Assembly: GCA_934246625.1 (NCBI GenBank)
Contig: CAKQHZ010000001.1
Coordinates: 360,001-392,000, forward strand
Source of the DNA: an uncultured Alphaproteobacteria bacterium
GTDB taxonomy: Bacteria > Pseudomonadota > Alphaproteobacteria > Rs-D84 > CACZYB01
DNA length: 32,000 bases
Direction of reading: 5' to 3'
This document shows positions 15,485 through 24,615 of this stretch, piece after piece (the stretch's first letter is position 1; each line of letters begins with the position of its first letter). A program made the position numbers and the translations under genes. The notes beneath the pieces were generated by a model. That model ran no database searches. It was not told the DNA's origin and was given only the letters and a program-made list of their open reading frames with translations.

Positions 15485-17641
15485 TTATTCAGTTGAGCCA
15501 AGCCCAAAACTTGATGATACAGTTCCCAAAGTTTTAAATGAAAGACTGAAATAAACAGCCTTATCACCAACATAATCTCGGTCTCGTGTAAATTCGTTTA
15601 TAACATTTAATGCAAACTTAAAGCAATCATTTTCATAAACAATTCCACCAAGTATATTTATATCACGGTTTTGATATAAATCATATCTGTTTCCAACAAA
15701 AACTCTCCATTTATTAGTAAGTTGTGATGAAAGATAAGTATTGATTTCATCTTTTCTTACTGAAAGTTCGTCCTCTATATACATATTTCGTAAATATACA
15801 TAATTGACAGTTAAATTTAATGCACGAGAACCGACATATAAATTCACATCGTTTCTGTTGATTTTGAAATCTGTATTATTCATTCTGGTTTTATATTGTA
15901 ATCTTAAAAATGGTGAAGGTGAATAGGAAAGATTTGCTACTATATCAGATGCACCAGAAGAATTTTTAAGTCCACTGTTTTCCAAATATATATCATCAGG
16001 AACGTCAATATTAAAGTTTTGACCAATAAAAAATGATACATTTTGATTGTTATCATAATTTTGAACAAAGTTTAATCCATAATTAACTCTGGTTCCGGAT
16101 TCAAAAATGTCATAACCTGAAAATCTGTCATCAGAAAAAAGATTTTCAACTTCCAATTCCATATATTTACTATCCATATTTGGAATTTCGGGATTTGAAC
16201 TTTGTTTTCGTGAAGTAATAAATTGAACCATAGGTTGCAATATTTCTGTTCTGTTAGAATATGAACGATATAATGGATATTTCCATATTAAATCTGCACT
16301 TATATCACTTCGTCCCTTTGTTCCAGAATAATATGGTTTTGATTCATTGTCTGGATTATGAATATCGTCAAGAACATACAAATCACCACGAGCACCCAAA
16401 GTCAAATTAAACAAATGTCCACCAGCGGTTTTAAATGGTTGTGTATATTTGATTATTGTTGAAGTTCTGAAATTTGTTTCATCAGGTGTAAGTGGATTTG
16501 AATAATCCTTTATTATATGTGCAGTATTAAGATTGAAATCCCAATATCCACCAACGCTATTTGGTTCGGAAATTCGTCTGTAATCAATTATTGGTAAAAC
16601 CTTTGGTGTATAGCTATCCTGTAAATTACGCAAATCTTGATAAAAATATGTATTTGCAGTCAAATAACTTCTGTTATATGTGCCTTCTATACCAATTTGT
16701 GAAGAAAGCCATGGGTCAGAATTAAAATCATAAAGTCGCAAATATGTATCATCAGATGTTCGCTCAATATTTGCAATACCACGCCATACATCATCTATTT
16801 CAAAATAATTATTTGTCTTTATATACCAACGTTTATCTTCTTCGTTAGATGATTGTTTAAAACTTGCATTAGTAGTGCTTGTAAAGAAATCTTGATTGGT
16901 TCTGTATTCTGTAATAAACAATGTTCCCTTTTTTGATGTGAACATAGGGGTAATTGTCATATCATTATATGGATTGATTTTTATAAATAATGGTATTTGT
17001 GCAACATATCCCAAATTTGAAGATGTTCCAAATGACGGAAATAATAGCCCTGTTTTATTTTTAACATTTGGTGCATAGTTTATAAGATATGGTAAATAAA
17101 ATACAGGGACATCAAATAAATAAATCAAAGCATTATTATATACTAATGAACCATCGTCAGTATCGTGTTTTATTTTACTTGCTCCAATTTTCCATGTTGG
17201 ACTTTCACCACAACCTTCTAAACCTTCTTTACATGCAGTATATTCTACATCGTGCAAAATAATTTTCTTTTTACCAATCATTTCGGCTGATTGTGATGAA
17301 GCATAGGAGTTTTCACCAAACTTTATATCTGTTTTTCCAATAGTAGCATTATCAGATTGGGTTCCAATAACCATATTTTGTGTTGTGATATTTCCGTTGG
17401 AATTGCTTATATCAACATTTCCTTTTGCAACAATTTCCTTTGTATTTGTATCAAATTCCAAAGTCTTTGTTCTTAATTTATTTTTATTGTATTCAATATC
17501 ACTATAACCAACAGATGTAAAAATACCTGTGTTTTTATCATAAATAATTTCAGATGTTTCAAAAAATGTATCCTTTCCATCATCAGCAAAAGTTGGAACA
17601 GAAACCAAACAAATAAGTATAAAGGCAAGCAAACGATTCAT
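15485..17641 (-). CDS. lptD: LPS-assembly outer-membrane protein LptD
   Basis: Signal peptide, an N-terminal OstA-like region, and a long beta-strand-patterned C-terminal barrel rich in Y/N/F. 718 aa. Sits between an lptF/G-type gene and surA, as in many Proteobacteria. Confidence 0.85.
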   Translation of the reverse strand: MNRLLAFILICLVSVPTFADDGKDTFFETSEIIYDKNTGIFTSVGYSDIEYNKNKLRTKTLEFDTNTKEIVAKGNVDISNSNGNITTQNMVIGTQSDNATIGKTDIKFGENSYASSQSAEMIGKKKIILHDVEYTACKEGLEGCGESPTWKIGASKIKHDTDDGSLVYNNALIYLFDVPVFYLPYLINYAPNVKNKTGLLFPSFGTSSNLGYVAQIPLFIKINPYNDMTITPMFTSKKGTLFITEYRTNQDFFTSTTNASFKQSSNEEDKRWYIKTNNYFEIDDVWRGIANIERTSDDTYLRLYDFNSDPWLSSQIGIEGTYNRSYLTANTYFYQDLRNLQDSYTPKVLPIIDYRRISEPNSVGGYWDFNLNTAHIIKDYSNPLTPDETNFRTSTIIKYTQPFKTAGGHLFNLTLGARGDLYVLDDIHNPDNESKPYYSGTKGRSDISADLIWKYPLYRSYSNRTEILQPMVQFITSRKQSSNPEIPNMDSKYMELEVENLFSDDRFSGYDIFESGTRVNYGLNFVQNYDNNQNVSFFIGQNFNIDVPDDIYLENSGLKNSSGASDIVANLSYSPSPFLRLQYKTRMNNTDFKINRNDVNLYVGSRALNLTVNYVYLRNMYIEDELSVRKDEINTYLSSQLTNKWRVFVGNRYDLYQNRDINILGGIVYENDCFKFALNVINEFTRDRDYVGDKAVYFSLSFKTLGTVSSSFGLGSTE

Positions 17642-18780
17642 TATTTTTTCACCTTCTTTTTAAACTTAAATCTGTTTAGATTTATTGATTTTTCAGCATA
17701 AAGTATTTTAAATAAAATGTATAACAACAAAATGGTTAAAATATACACTGCTGGATACATATTCATTTTAACCCTTAATAAATTAAAGATAGAAATAAAG
17801 CACATTTCAACTGCGACCATACCTGCGACTGCAAATATCATATTTTTATTTTCACTTCGTTTGTTAAGTGGTGCTTTGAATACTGCAATAAGAGCAATTA
17901 AAACAAATATTAAATTATAAAGTGGCATTATTAAACGTTTATGAAGTTCAACCAAATATTTTGGATAAGTAATTGCATTTGCATAGCCCAACTCACGTGC
18001 AAAAATAATTTCAAAGTTGCCAAGTTCGTTTGCCTTTACATTTCGTTCCGAACTTGTGGCGATAACACCTAAATCCGCCGTATAATTTTCAAAATTACCA
18101 ACGGTATATCTGTTCTTAACCTTTTCTTGGACACTTCCATGCTCAAGGGTAAGTGTTATATTATTTTTTGACGCACTGACAATTCCCTGTTCCGCAAGGA
18201 TAGTTCGCATACTGTTTGCTGAACGTAAGTCATTTATAAATATATCAGTTAAAATATTATTGTTTGAATTTTTAACATAAATTGTAAGGCCATTTGTTAA
18301 TTGATTAAACTCCCCCTCCTTTATAAGAAGTGCAGATAAATCGTTTTTTGCCTCAAATGCAAAGGTTCTATATTTTTTTGCATACATTGGTGAAAGTCGT
18401 AATGTAATAAAGTATGAAAAAATTGTCATACAAACTGCAATATATATTGCTGGCTTTGCAAGTTGACGAACGTTCATTCCTATTGCTTCCATTATAATAA
18501 GTTCCTTATCAGAAATAAGTTTATTATACACAAACAAAACAACCGCAAATAATGCAATAGGTAAAATAATAGAAACTAAATCAGGCAACAATAATGATGT
18601 CATTTTCAAAAATGTCCACATTGATAAATTGTTATTTACCAAATATGAAAGCAATCTTATTATTTGTGAAAACCACGCAATACCTAATAAAATTGATGAT
18701 ACAATTAAAAGCCCAAACAATATTTGCTTGGATATATATTTTTCAATTATCGTTATGTTATATAATTTGCTTTTTTTCAT
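17641..18780 (-). CDS. LPS export ABC permease, LptF/LptG (YjgP/YjgQ) family
   Basis: Six-TM layout with a periplasmic beta-jellyroll-like insert between TM3 and TM4. N-terminal IIEKYISKQILFGLLIV pattern. The stop codon shares nt 17641 with the lptD ATG (TAATG). I cannot distinguish F from G by eye. Confidence 0.8.
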   Translation of the reverse strand: MKKSKLYNITIIEKYISKQILFGLLIVSSILLGIAWFSQIIRLLSYLVNNNLSMWTFLKMTSLLLPDLVSIILPIALFAVVLFVYNKLISDKELIIMEAIGMNVRQLAKPAIYIAVCMTIFSYFITLRLSPMYAKKYRTFAFEAKNDLSALLIKEGEFNQLTNGLTIYVKNSNNNILTDIFINDLRSANSMRTILAEQGIVSASKNNITLTLEHGSVQEKVKNRYTVGNFENYTADLGVIATSSERNVKANELGNFEIIFARELGYANAITYPKYLVELHKRLIMPLYNLIFVLIALIAVFKAPLNKRSENKNMIFAVAGMVAVEMCFISIFNLLRVKMNMYPAVYILTILLLYILFKILYAEKSINLNRFKFKKKVKK

Positions 18781-18973
18781 AGTTTTATGATTTTACTATT
18801 GTTTTTTTTATTTTTAAAGTATTTTTTTATTATATATAGGAAAGTATTAAAATTATATTTTGCAAATTGAAATTTTTTATAAAAAATTATAAAATATTTA
18901 AAAAAATTTAGACTTTTTGAAATTTTTTCTTGATATATAAAAAAATAAATAGTAAAACAAAAATTGGAGAAGG

Positions 18974-20584
18974 ATGAAAGGGTTAAAAGGAATGCAAAAG
19001 AGGTTTTATTTATTTTTGATGTTGCTTGTTGGCATCATAAATGCCTCTACCCTGGATTCAAGGAGGTCTAGGGGGACACAAAAAAATCGTGTTTCCCTAG
19101 ATTTTTCAAGCTCTTCTCTTTCAAATGTTGCAACCCTAAATGATATTGTTCCAGAAGCTCCAAATTCCGCTTTCCTTCCATCTGAAGATGATATTATTGA
19201 ATATCAGGCTGTGGCATTAAATGACGAAATAACTTATCCTATCAATGATAAGGTTTCTGAGGTTATTGATGATGATAAAGAAGAAATTAAACCTGTTGAA
19301 ATATCTTCTGTTGATGAAATAAAACTTCAACCTAAAAAAACTATCCTTCCAAAAAAAGAAGATAAAAAACAACATAAAAAAATTGCTTCTTTGCGTCCTG
19401 ATGAACTTATAAAACAATTCAATAAAACTAAACGTCAACTTAGTGAAATAAAACAAAAGGCAAAACCTGATGTTTCAAATGTTGTGGTTGGTGAAGGTGA
19501 AGAAGTTTTGGTTTCTGTATCAGAAAAAACTCAACCAAAAATTGATACTAAAGTTATTATCCCTACAACCAGTGTAAAACGCCCTCCTCTTCCTCCTGCT
19601 TTGAACGAAGATGACTATTTCCCTGAAGATAGTAGTGCAAAGGCAGAAAGTCCTTTTGGTGTTAGTGTTGCAAACATTGTTCCAAAAGATGTAGGAATTG
19701 AAAGAAGTGTAAAAAACTCTGTTGAATTATCAAAAAAATCAAGAAAAAGTAAAAGTGATATTTCATTTGGTGAAAAAAATAATCCTTTTGTAAAGGCTTT
19801 TTCTGCTATCAAGCCTGAAAACCAAGATAATGCAACAGAAGTAAAAACTTCTAAATCATCAAATAAGAAAAAGGAAAAGGTTGTTTCTTCCGTTTCAGCA
19901 AAAAATTTGAAACAAGATTTGTATCACACATATATTTCCGATAATAAATATTTATCACCTGTGGAATATTATGATGACGATGCTGAATTTTTAGAAGAAG
20001 ATGTTGAAAATGATTTGGAAGAAAATGCTCAAGCCGATGCAGAAGAATATGCCGAAGATGCCGATTTTTCAAAGGAAAAAAATGTAAAGGACGCAATGGC
20101 TGGTGATGTTGGTCCAATCAATGTAAACACCATTAAAACAAAAATGCAAAATGTGAAAAAATCTTCTGAATTACCAAGTGGCCCATTAAAAATTGGTAAT
20201 AGAGAAGTTTTACAAATGAAACTTGATTTTGAATCTGGAAGTTCCGCAATCAGTCGTGAAAGTGTAAATATTATTCGTTCATTTGCTCAAATTGCAAAAG
20301 ACCAACCAACAAATTCTATTCAAATTGCAATTTCTGAAAATGCAATGAAAAATACAAAGGCAAAAAAACTTGCTGCACGAAGACTTGCTATTGTAAGTAA
20401 TGTTTTAAGAAATGAAGGACTTTCTGATAAACAAATTACACCTGTGCTTACAAATCGTGATATTGACTCTTTCTCTTTCAGAGTTGTTAATAATGACTCC
20501 TATGACAAACTTCGTGTTTCAAAGGGTGCTGATATTTTTGGCGAAGAAGAAAATGTAAAAGAATATGATTTGATGAGATGGTAA
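18974..20584 (+). CDS. Secreted low-complexity protein with a degenerate OmpA/MotB-like C-terminal domain
   Basis: GGAG SD upstream and a signal peptide (MKGLKGMQKRFYLFLMLLVGIINAS). Long K/E/D/S-rich regions. The C-terminal IQIAISENAMKNTKAKKLAARRLAIVSNVLRNEGLSDKQI loosely follows the OmpA-like pattern (x-I-x-G-x-x-D...N-x-x-L-S-x-x-R-A-x-x-V). Confidence 0.55.
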   Translation: MKGLKGMQKRFYLFLMLLVGIINASTLDSRRSRGTQKNRVSLDFSSSSLSNVATLNDIVPEAPNSAFLPSEDDIIEYQAVALNDEITYPINDKVSEVIDDDKEEIKPVEISSVDEIKLQPKKTILPKKEDKKQHKKIASLRPDELIKQFNKTKRQLSEIKQKAKPDVSNVVVGEGEEVLVSVSEKTQPKIDTKVIIPTTSVKRPPLPPALNEDDYFPEDSSAKAESPFGVSVANIVPKDVGIERSVKNSVELSKKSRKSKSDISFGEKNNPFVKAFSAIKPENQDNATEVKTSKSSNKKKEKVVSSVSAKNLKQDLYHTYISDNKYLSPVEYYDDDAEFLEEDVENDLEENAQADAEEYAEDADFSKEKNVKDAMAGDVGPINVNTIKTKMQNVKKSSELPSGPLKIGNREVLQMKLDFESGSSAISRESVNIIRSFAQIAKDQPTNSIQIAISENAMKNTKAKKLAARRLAIVSNVLRNEGLSDKQITPVLTNRDIDSFSFRVVNNDSYDKLRVSKGADIFGEEENVKEYDLMRW

Positions 20585-21327
20585 TAGCTTCTGTTTTCAA
20601 AAATTTTTTTAAAAAAGTAATTAACTTTGTTTTTCCCGCTCAATGTATTATATGCAAAAACTTCATTGAAAATGATGATGGTATTTGTTTTGAATGTCTA
20701 AATAAAATTGATTTTATAAGTGAACCAAGATGTGCATATTGTGGTTATCCATTTGAAATTATGTTCCCAAATCAAAAAACAAAATCTAATTACTTTGTAT
20801 GTCCACATTGCCTTAAATCAAAACCAAAATTTAATAAATGCCTTAGCGTTGTTCGTTATAACGATGCGTCAAAAAAAATTATTCTTCCTTTCAAACATGC
20901 TGATAAAACAAATTATGCTCGTATTATGGGGAAAATGATGGCAAGCACAATTTCTCCTTATAAGGATAAATTTGATTATATTATTCCTGTGCCAATACAT
21001 CTTAAACGAATGTTGAAAAGAAAGTATAATCAATCGGCTTTACTTGCAAATGTTATTGCAAAAATTTTGAAAAAGCCTGTGTTATATAATATCCTTATCA
21101 GAAATAAGTTTAAGGAATCTCAAGGACATCTTTCTATAAAGGAAAGAAAGCTAAATGTAAAAAATTCGTTTATGGTTAAAAATAACTCTATCATAAAAGG
21201 TAAAAATATTTTGATTGTTGATGATGTTATGACTACTGGTGCAACTCTTAATGAATGTGCAAAAGTTCTTAAACATGCTGGGGCAAGAAAAATTTTTGTT
21301 GCAACCTTTGCAAGGGTTGTTAAATAG
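20578..21327 (+). CDS. comF: ComF-family phosphoribosyltransferase-domain protein
   Basis: N-terminal double Cys pairs (CIIC...CFEC, CAYC...CPHC) and the PRTase motif ILIVDDVMTTGATL. Overlaps the upstream stop by 7 nt. Confidence 0.8.
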   Translation: MVIASVFKNFFKKVINFVFPAQCIICKNFIENDDGICFECLNKIDFISEPRCAYCGYPFEIMFPNQKTKSNYFVCPHCLKSKPKFNKCLSVVRYNDASKKIILPFKHADKTNYARIMGKMMASTISPYKDKFDYIIPVPIHLKRMLKRKYNQSALLANVIAKILKKPVLYNILIRNKFKESQGHLSIKERKLNVKNSFMVKNNSIIKGKNILIVDDVMTTGATLNECAKVLKHAGARKIFVATFARVVK

Positions 21328-21392
21328 TAGTTGACTTTACTTATTATAAGGAATAAAATCCTTCCATATAAACAAAAAGAAAGGAAATCTTT

Positions 21393-21683
21393 ATGAAACA
21401 ATTGCTTTTATCAGTTGCATTGCTTTTAACTATAACTGCTTGCTCTAATATTTACTCACCAAGTGCAACTATAAATATAGATTCTTCCAAAATTAATTTT
21501 AGTGAATTGAATACGAAGAAAAAAATCAAAGATTGTAATTGGGGTTTCTTAGGTGTAATGAGTAATCATGATATAACAACTTTAATGAATAAAAATAATG
21601 TTTCAAAAATGTATTGGGTGGATTATGAACTCGGCAATATTTTATTATGGAGCAAACATTGTGTAATAATATATGCTGACTAA
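21393..21683 (+). CDS. Small lipoprotein, possibly TRL-like family
   Basis: Lipobox LLTITAC. The C-terminal DITTLMNKNNVSKMYWVDYELGNILLWSKHCVIIYAD resembles the TRL-domain pattern (I-x-K-I-x-x-V-D...N-I-L...V-x-G-E/D). Family call made from memory only. Confidence 0.5.
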   Translation: MKQLLLSVALLLTITACSNIYSPSATINIDSSKINFSELNTKKKIKDCNWGFLGVMSNHDITTLMNKNNVSKMYWVDYELGNILLWSKHCVIIYAD

Positions 21684-21701
21684 TATATCAAATATTTTAC
21701 A

Positions 21702-21728
21702 AATCCTCATTTTAAATGGGGATTTTTT
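21702..21728 (+). terminator. Rho-independent terminator after the lipoprotein gene
   Basis: AATCCTCA (21702-09) pairs with TGGGGATT (21717-24), including one G-U that works only on the plus strand. The stem runs into a T-run through 21728. Confidence 0.6.
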
Positions 21729-21798
21729 AATTCTTGTATTGTAAAAAATTTTAAATTATGTAAAATCGTAGTAAAATAACAAAAATATAGGTTTTATT

Positions 21799-23478
21799 AT
21801 GTCAAAAGAAAGAATACTTATTACTTCTGCACTTCCTTATGTTAATGGAATTCCTCATTTAGGTCATTTGGCTGGTTGTCTTCTTCCAAGTGATGTTTAT
21901 GCAAGATTTAATCGTTTAATCGGCAATGATGTTGTGTATATTTGTGGAACTGATGAACACGGCACTCCATCTGAATTGGGTGCAAAAAAAGAAGGCATTG
22001 ATGTATTGGATTATACAACAAAGTATCATAATTTACATAAGGATATTTATCAAAAATTTAATCTTTCATTTGATTATTTTGGAAGAACTTCTTCAAAGGC
22101 AAATATTGAACTTACTCAACAAATTGCAACCGAACTTTATAATAATGGATACATAGAAGAACGTGAAGTAGAACAAGTTTTTTCTGTTGATGATAATATG
22201 TTTTTACCAGACAGATATATTGTTGGAACTTGCCCTTATTGTGGTGCAACAAATGCTCGTGGCGACCAATGCGAATCTTGCACAAAAGTTTTGGACCCAA
22301 AGGATTTGATTGATGCGAAATCTGCTGTAAGTGGAAGCACAAATCTTGAAGTAAGAAAGACATCTCATCTTTATTTGAAACTTTCACTTTTAAGCGACAA
22401 AGTTCGTGAATGGGTTAATACAAGAAAGTGGAATAAACTTACCTTGGGAATCGCAAATAAATGGCTTGATGAAGGTCTTTCTGACAGATGTATTACTCGT
22501 GATTTAAAATGGGGTGTGCCAGTTCCAGCAAATGTATTTCCAAATATGAAGGACAAAGTTTTTTATGTTTGGTTTGATGCCCCTATTGGTTATATATCTA
22601 TGACAAAAGAATTATTGGGTGATGATTATAAAAAATGGTGGCTTGAATCACATGGTGCAGACAAAGTTCGCTATGTCGAATTTATGGGAAAGGATAATGT
22701 GCCTTTTCATTCTATTATGTTCCCTGCAACATTGATTGGTGCAAACAATGATTATAAAAAAGTTGATGTGATAAAGGGGTTAAGTTATCTTAACTTTAAC
22801 GGTGGAAAGTTTTCAAAATCTGCGGGTCGTGGAGTTTTCGCAAATTCTGCAATCGAAGAATTTGAGGCAGATTATTGGCGTTATTGGTTAATAAAAAATG
22901 CTCCTGAAACAGATGATACTGATTTCACTTTTGAACGTTTTGCAGAAGAAATTAACAAGGACTTAAATGATGTGCTTGGTAATTTTATTCTTCGAATCTT
23001 GAAATTCTATAACTCAAAATTCGAAAATACTTTACTTCACAATGCTCTTGATACTGAAAAGGAAAAGCAAGTTATCAAAAACATTGATGAAAAAATCAAA
23101 AATTACACATCTTACCTTTCAAATATGGAATACAGAAAGGCAGTTGCTGAACTTCGTTCTATTTGGGTAAGTGGTAATGAATATATTGATGAAATGGCTC
23201 CTTGGACAGTATATAAAACTGAACCAGAAAAAGCAGGTCAAATACTTGCGTTCGCAATGAACCTTATGCGTATATTTATGATTCTTGCAAAGCCAATTAT
23301 TCCATCAACAAGCCAAAAGATTTTAAAGGCTATCAATTCCGATGGCGATTGGATTTTTGATACTGAAAAAGAAATGAAAGCAATTTCAAATGGTCATACT
23401 TTCAGTATTCCAGAATCTGTATTCACAAAAATTTCTGCGGATAAAGTAAAAGAACTTAACGAAAAATATAACGCATAG
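21799..23478 (+). CDS. metG: Methionyl-tRNA synthetase (short form, no C-terminal tRNA-binding domain)
   Basis: HIGH-type motif PHLGHLAG, zinc knuckle CPYCGATNARGDQCESC and KMSKS-type KFSKS. 559 aa. Confidence 0.95.
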   Translation: MSKERILITSALPYVNGIPHLGHLAGCLLPSDVYARFNRLIGNDVVYICGTDEHGTPSELGAKKEGIDVLDYTTKYHNLHKDIYQKFNLSFDYFGRTSSKANIELTQQIATELYNNGYIEEREVEQVFSVDDNMFLPDRYIVGTCPYCGATNARGDQCESCTKVLDPKDLIDAKSAVSGSTNLEVRKTSHLYLKLSLLSDKVREWVNTRKWNKLTLGIANKWLDEGLSDRCITRDLKWGVPVPANVFPNMKDKVFYVWFDAPIGYISMTKELLGDDYKKWWLESHGADKVRYVEFMGKDNVPFHSIMFPATLIGANNDYKKVDVIKGLSYLNFNGGKFSKSAGRGVFANSAIEEFEADYWRYWLIKNAPETDDTDFTFERFAEEINKDLNDVLGNFILRILKFYNSKFENTLLHNALDTEKEKQVIKNIDEKIKNYTSYLSNMEYRKAVAELRSIWVSGNEYIDEMAPWTVYKTEPEKAGQILAFAMNLMRIFMILAKPIIPSTSQKILKAINSDGDWIFDTEKEMKAISNGHTFSIPESVFTKISADKVKELNEKYNA

Positions 23479-24615
23479 TTATTTTATAATTTCCAAAATA
23501 ATTGTATCAAGGAGAAGCATACCTTCCTTTGATACTTTTATTTTATCAGGTGATAATAAAAGCAATCCCCTATCCTCAAATGCCTGTATTTTATTCATAT
23601 CAACAAAGTTAAAAAACGAATCACCAAGGTTTTCTTCGAACGTTTTAAAATCGATGCCTTTTATCTGTCTTAATCCCATAATGATAAGTTCCTCTGCCCT
23701 TTGAGTTTTGGTAAGTGTAGTTGTAAAACTTGTCCTTTGTTGTGAAAGGGTTTTCCAATCATTTATGTTTGAGGGATTTTCATTTATAATAAATTTATTA
23801 TCAAGTTTCAATCTTGAGGCAGAAGCAGGACCAATACCAATATAATCTCCACCTTCCCAATAATTGATATTATGCTTGCTTTGAAATAATGGTTTTGCAT
23901 AGCTTGAAACTTCGTATTGTGGAAGAATATCCTTTAAAAAATCATTTGTAAAATTATACATATCCACAGCAATATTTTCATCAACTGGTTTTATTTTACC
24001 ATTTTGAATCCAATCAAAAATTTTGGTATTTTCCTCTATGATAAGTTCATAAAGTGATAAATGGGACAAGCCTAAATCCTGAATCTTTTGCAACTGGAAT
24101 TTCCAATCATTTAATGTTTGATTTGGAAGTGCATAAATAAAATCCGCAGATACATTATCAAAAATATTTTTTATTTCTGATAATGTTTTTATTGCATCAT
24201 TTGCCGAATGAATACGCCCCAAAAACTTTAAAACCTTATCATCTAACGATTGCACGCCAAGGGATATACGGTTAATACCAAGTGATTTAAAGGTTTGTAA
24301 TTTTTGATGGTCAACGGTTTTTGGATTTGCCTCCATCGTAATTTCAATATTATTATCAATATGCCAAAGTTTATGTGCCTTATTTAAAATAGAATCAAGT
24401 AAATGTGTATCCATCAATGATGGAGTTCCACCGCCAAAATAAATTGATGAAATTGAACGATTGTTTGTATACGAATAAAACGAATCAAGTTCGGATAAAT
24501 AAAAATCTGTTAAATCTTCGATTTTTTTGTTAAGGCAAGGATAGCTTACAAAATCACAATAATGACATTTTGAAAGACAAAATGGATAGTGTATGTAAAG
24601 GCTAGTTGTTTTCAT
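23479..24615 (-). CDS. hemW: Radical-SAM heme chaperone HemW (HemN-like, oxygen-independent coproporphyrinogen oxidase family)
   Basis: YIHYPFCLSKCHYCDF radical-SAM cluster. 378 aa. Lies directly downstream of rdgB, as hemW (yggW) does in E. coli. Confidence 0.85.
   Translation of the reverse strand: MKTTSLYIHYPFCLSKCHYCDFVSYPCLNKKIEDLTDFYLSELDSFYSYTNNRSISSIYFGGGTPSLMDTHLLDSILNKAHKLWHIDNNIEITMEANPKTVDHQKLQTFKSLGINRISLGVQSLDDKVLKFLGRIHSANDAIKTLSEIKNIFDNVSADFIYALPNQTLNDWKFQLQKIQDLGLSHLSLYELIIEENTKIFDWIQNGKIKPVDENIAVDMYNFTNDFLKDILPQYEVSSYAKPLFQSKHNINYWEGGDYIGIGPASASRLKLDNKFIINENPSNINDWKTLSQQRTSFTTTLTKTQRAEELIIMGLRQIKGIDFKTFEENLGDSFFNFVDMNKIQAFEDRGLLLLSPDKIKVSKEGMLLLDTIILEIIK

Noticed and set aside
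15463-15573. Upstream extensions of ORF-track starts: surA from 15573, and likewise smpB from 11827 and the 29947 start
   Set aside because: The extensions overlap the preceding gene or lack an SD. Internal ATGs at 15462, 11860 and 29986 have good SD sequences and yield a proper signal peptide or a conserved N-terminus.
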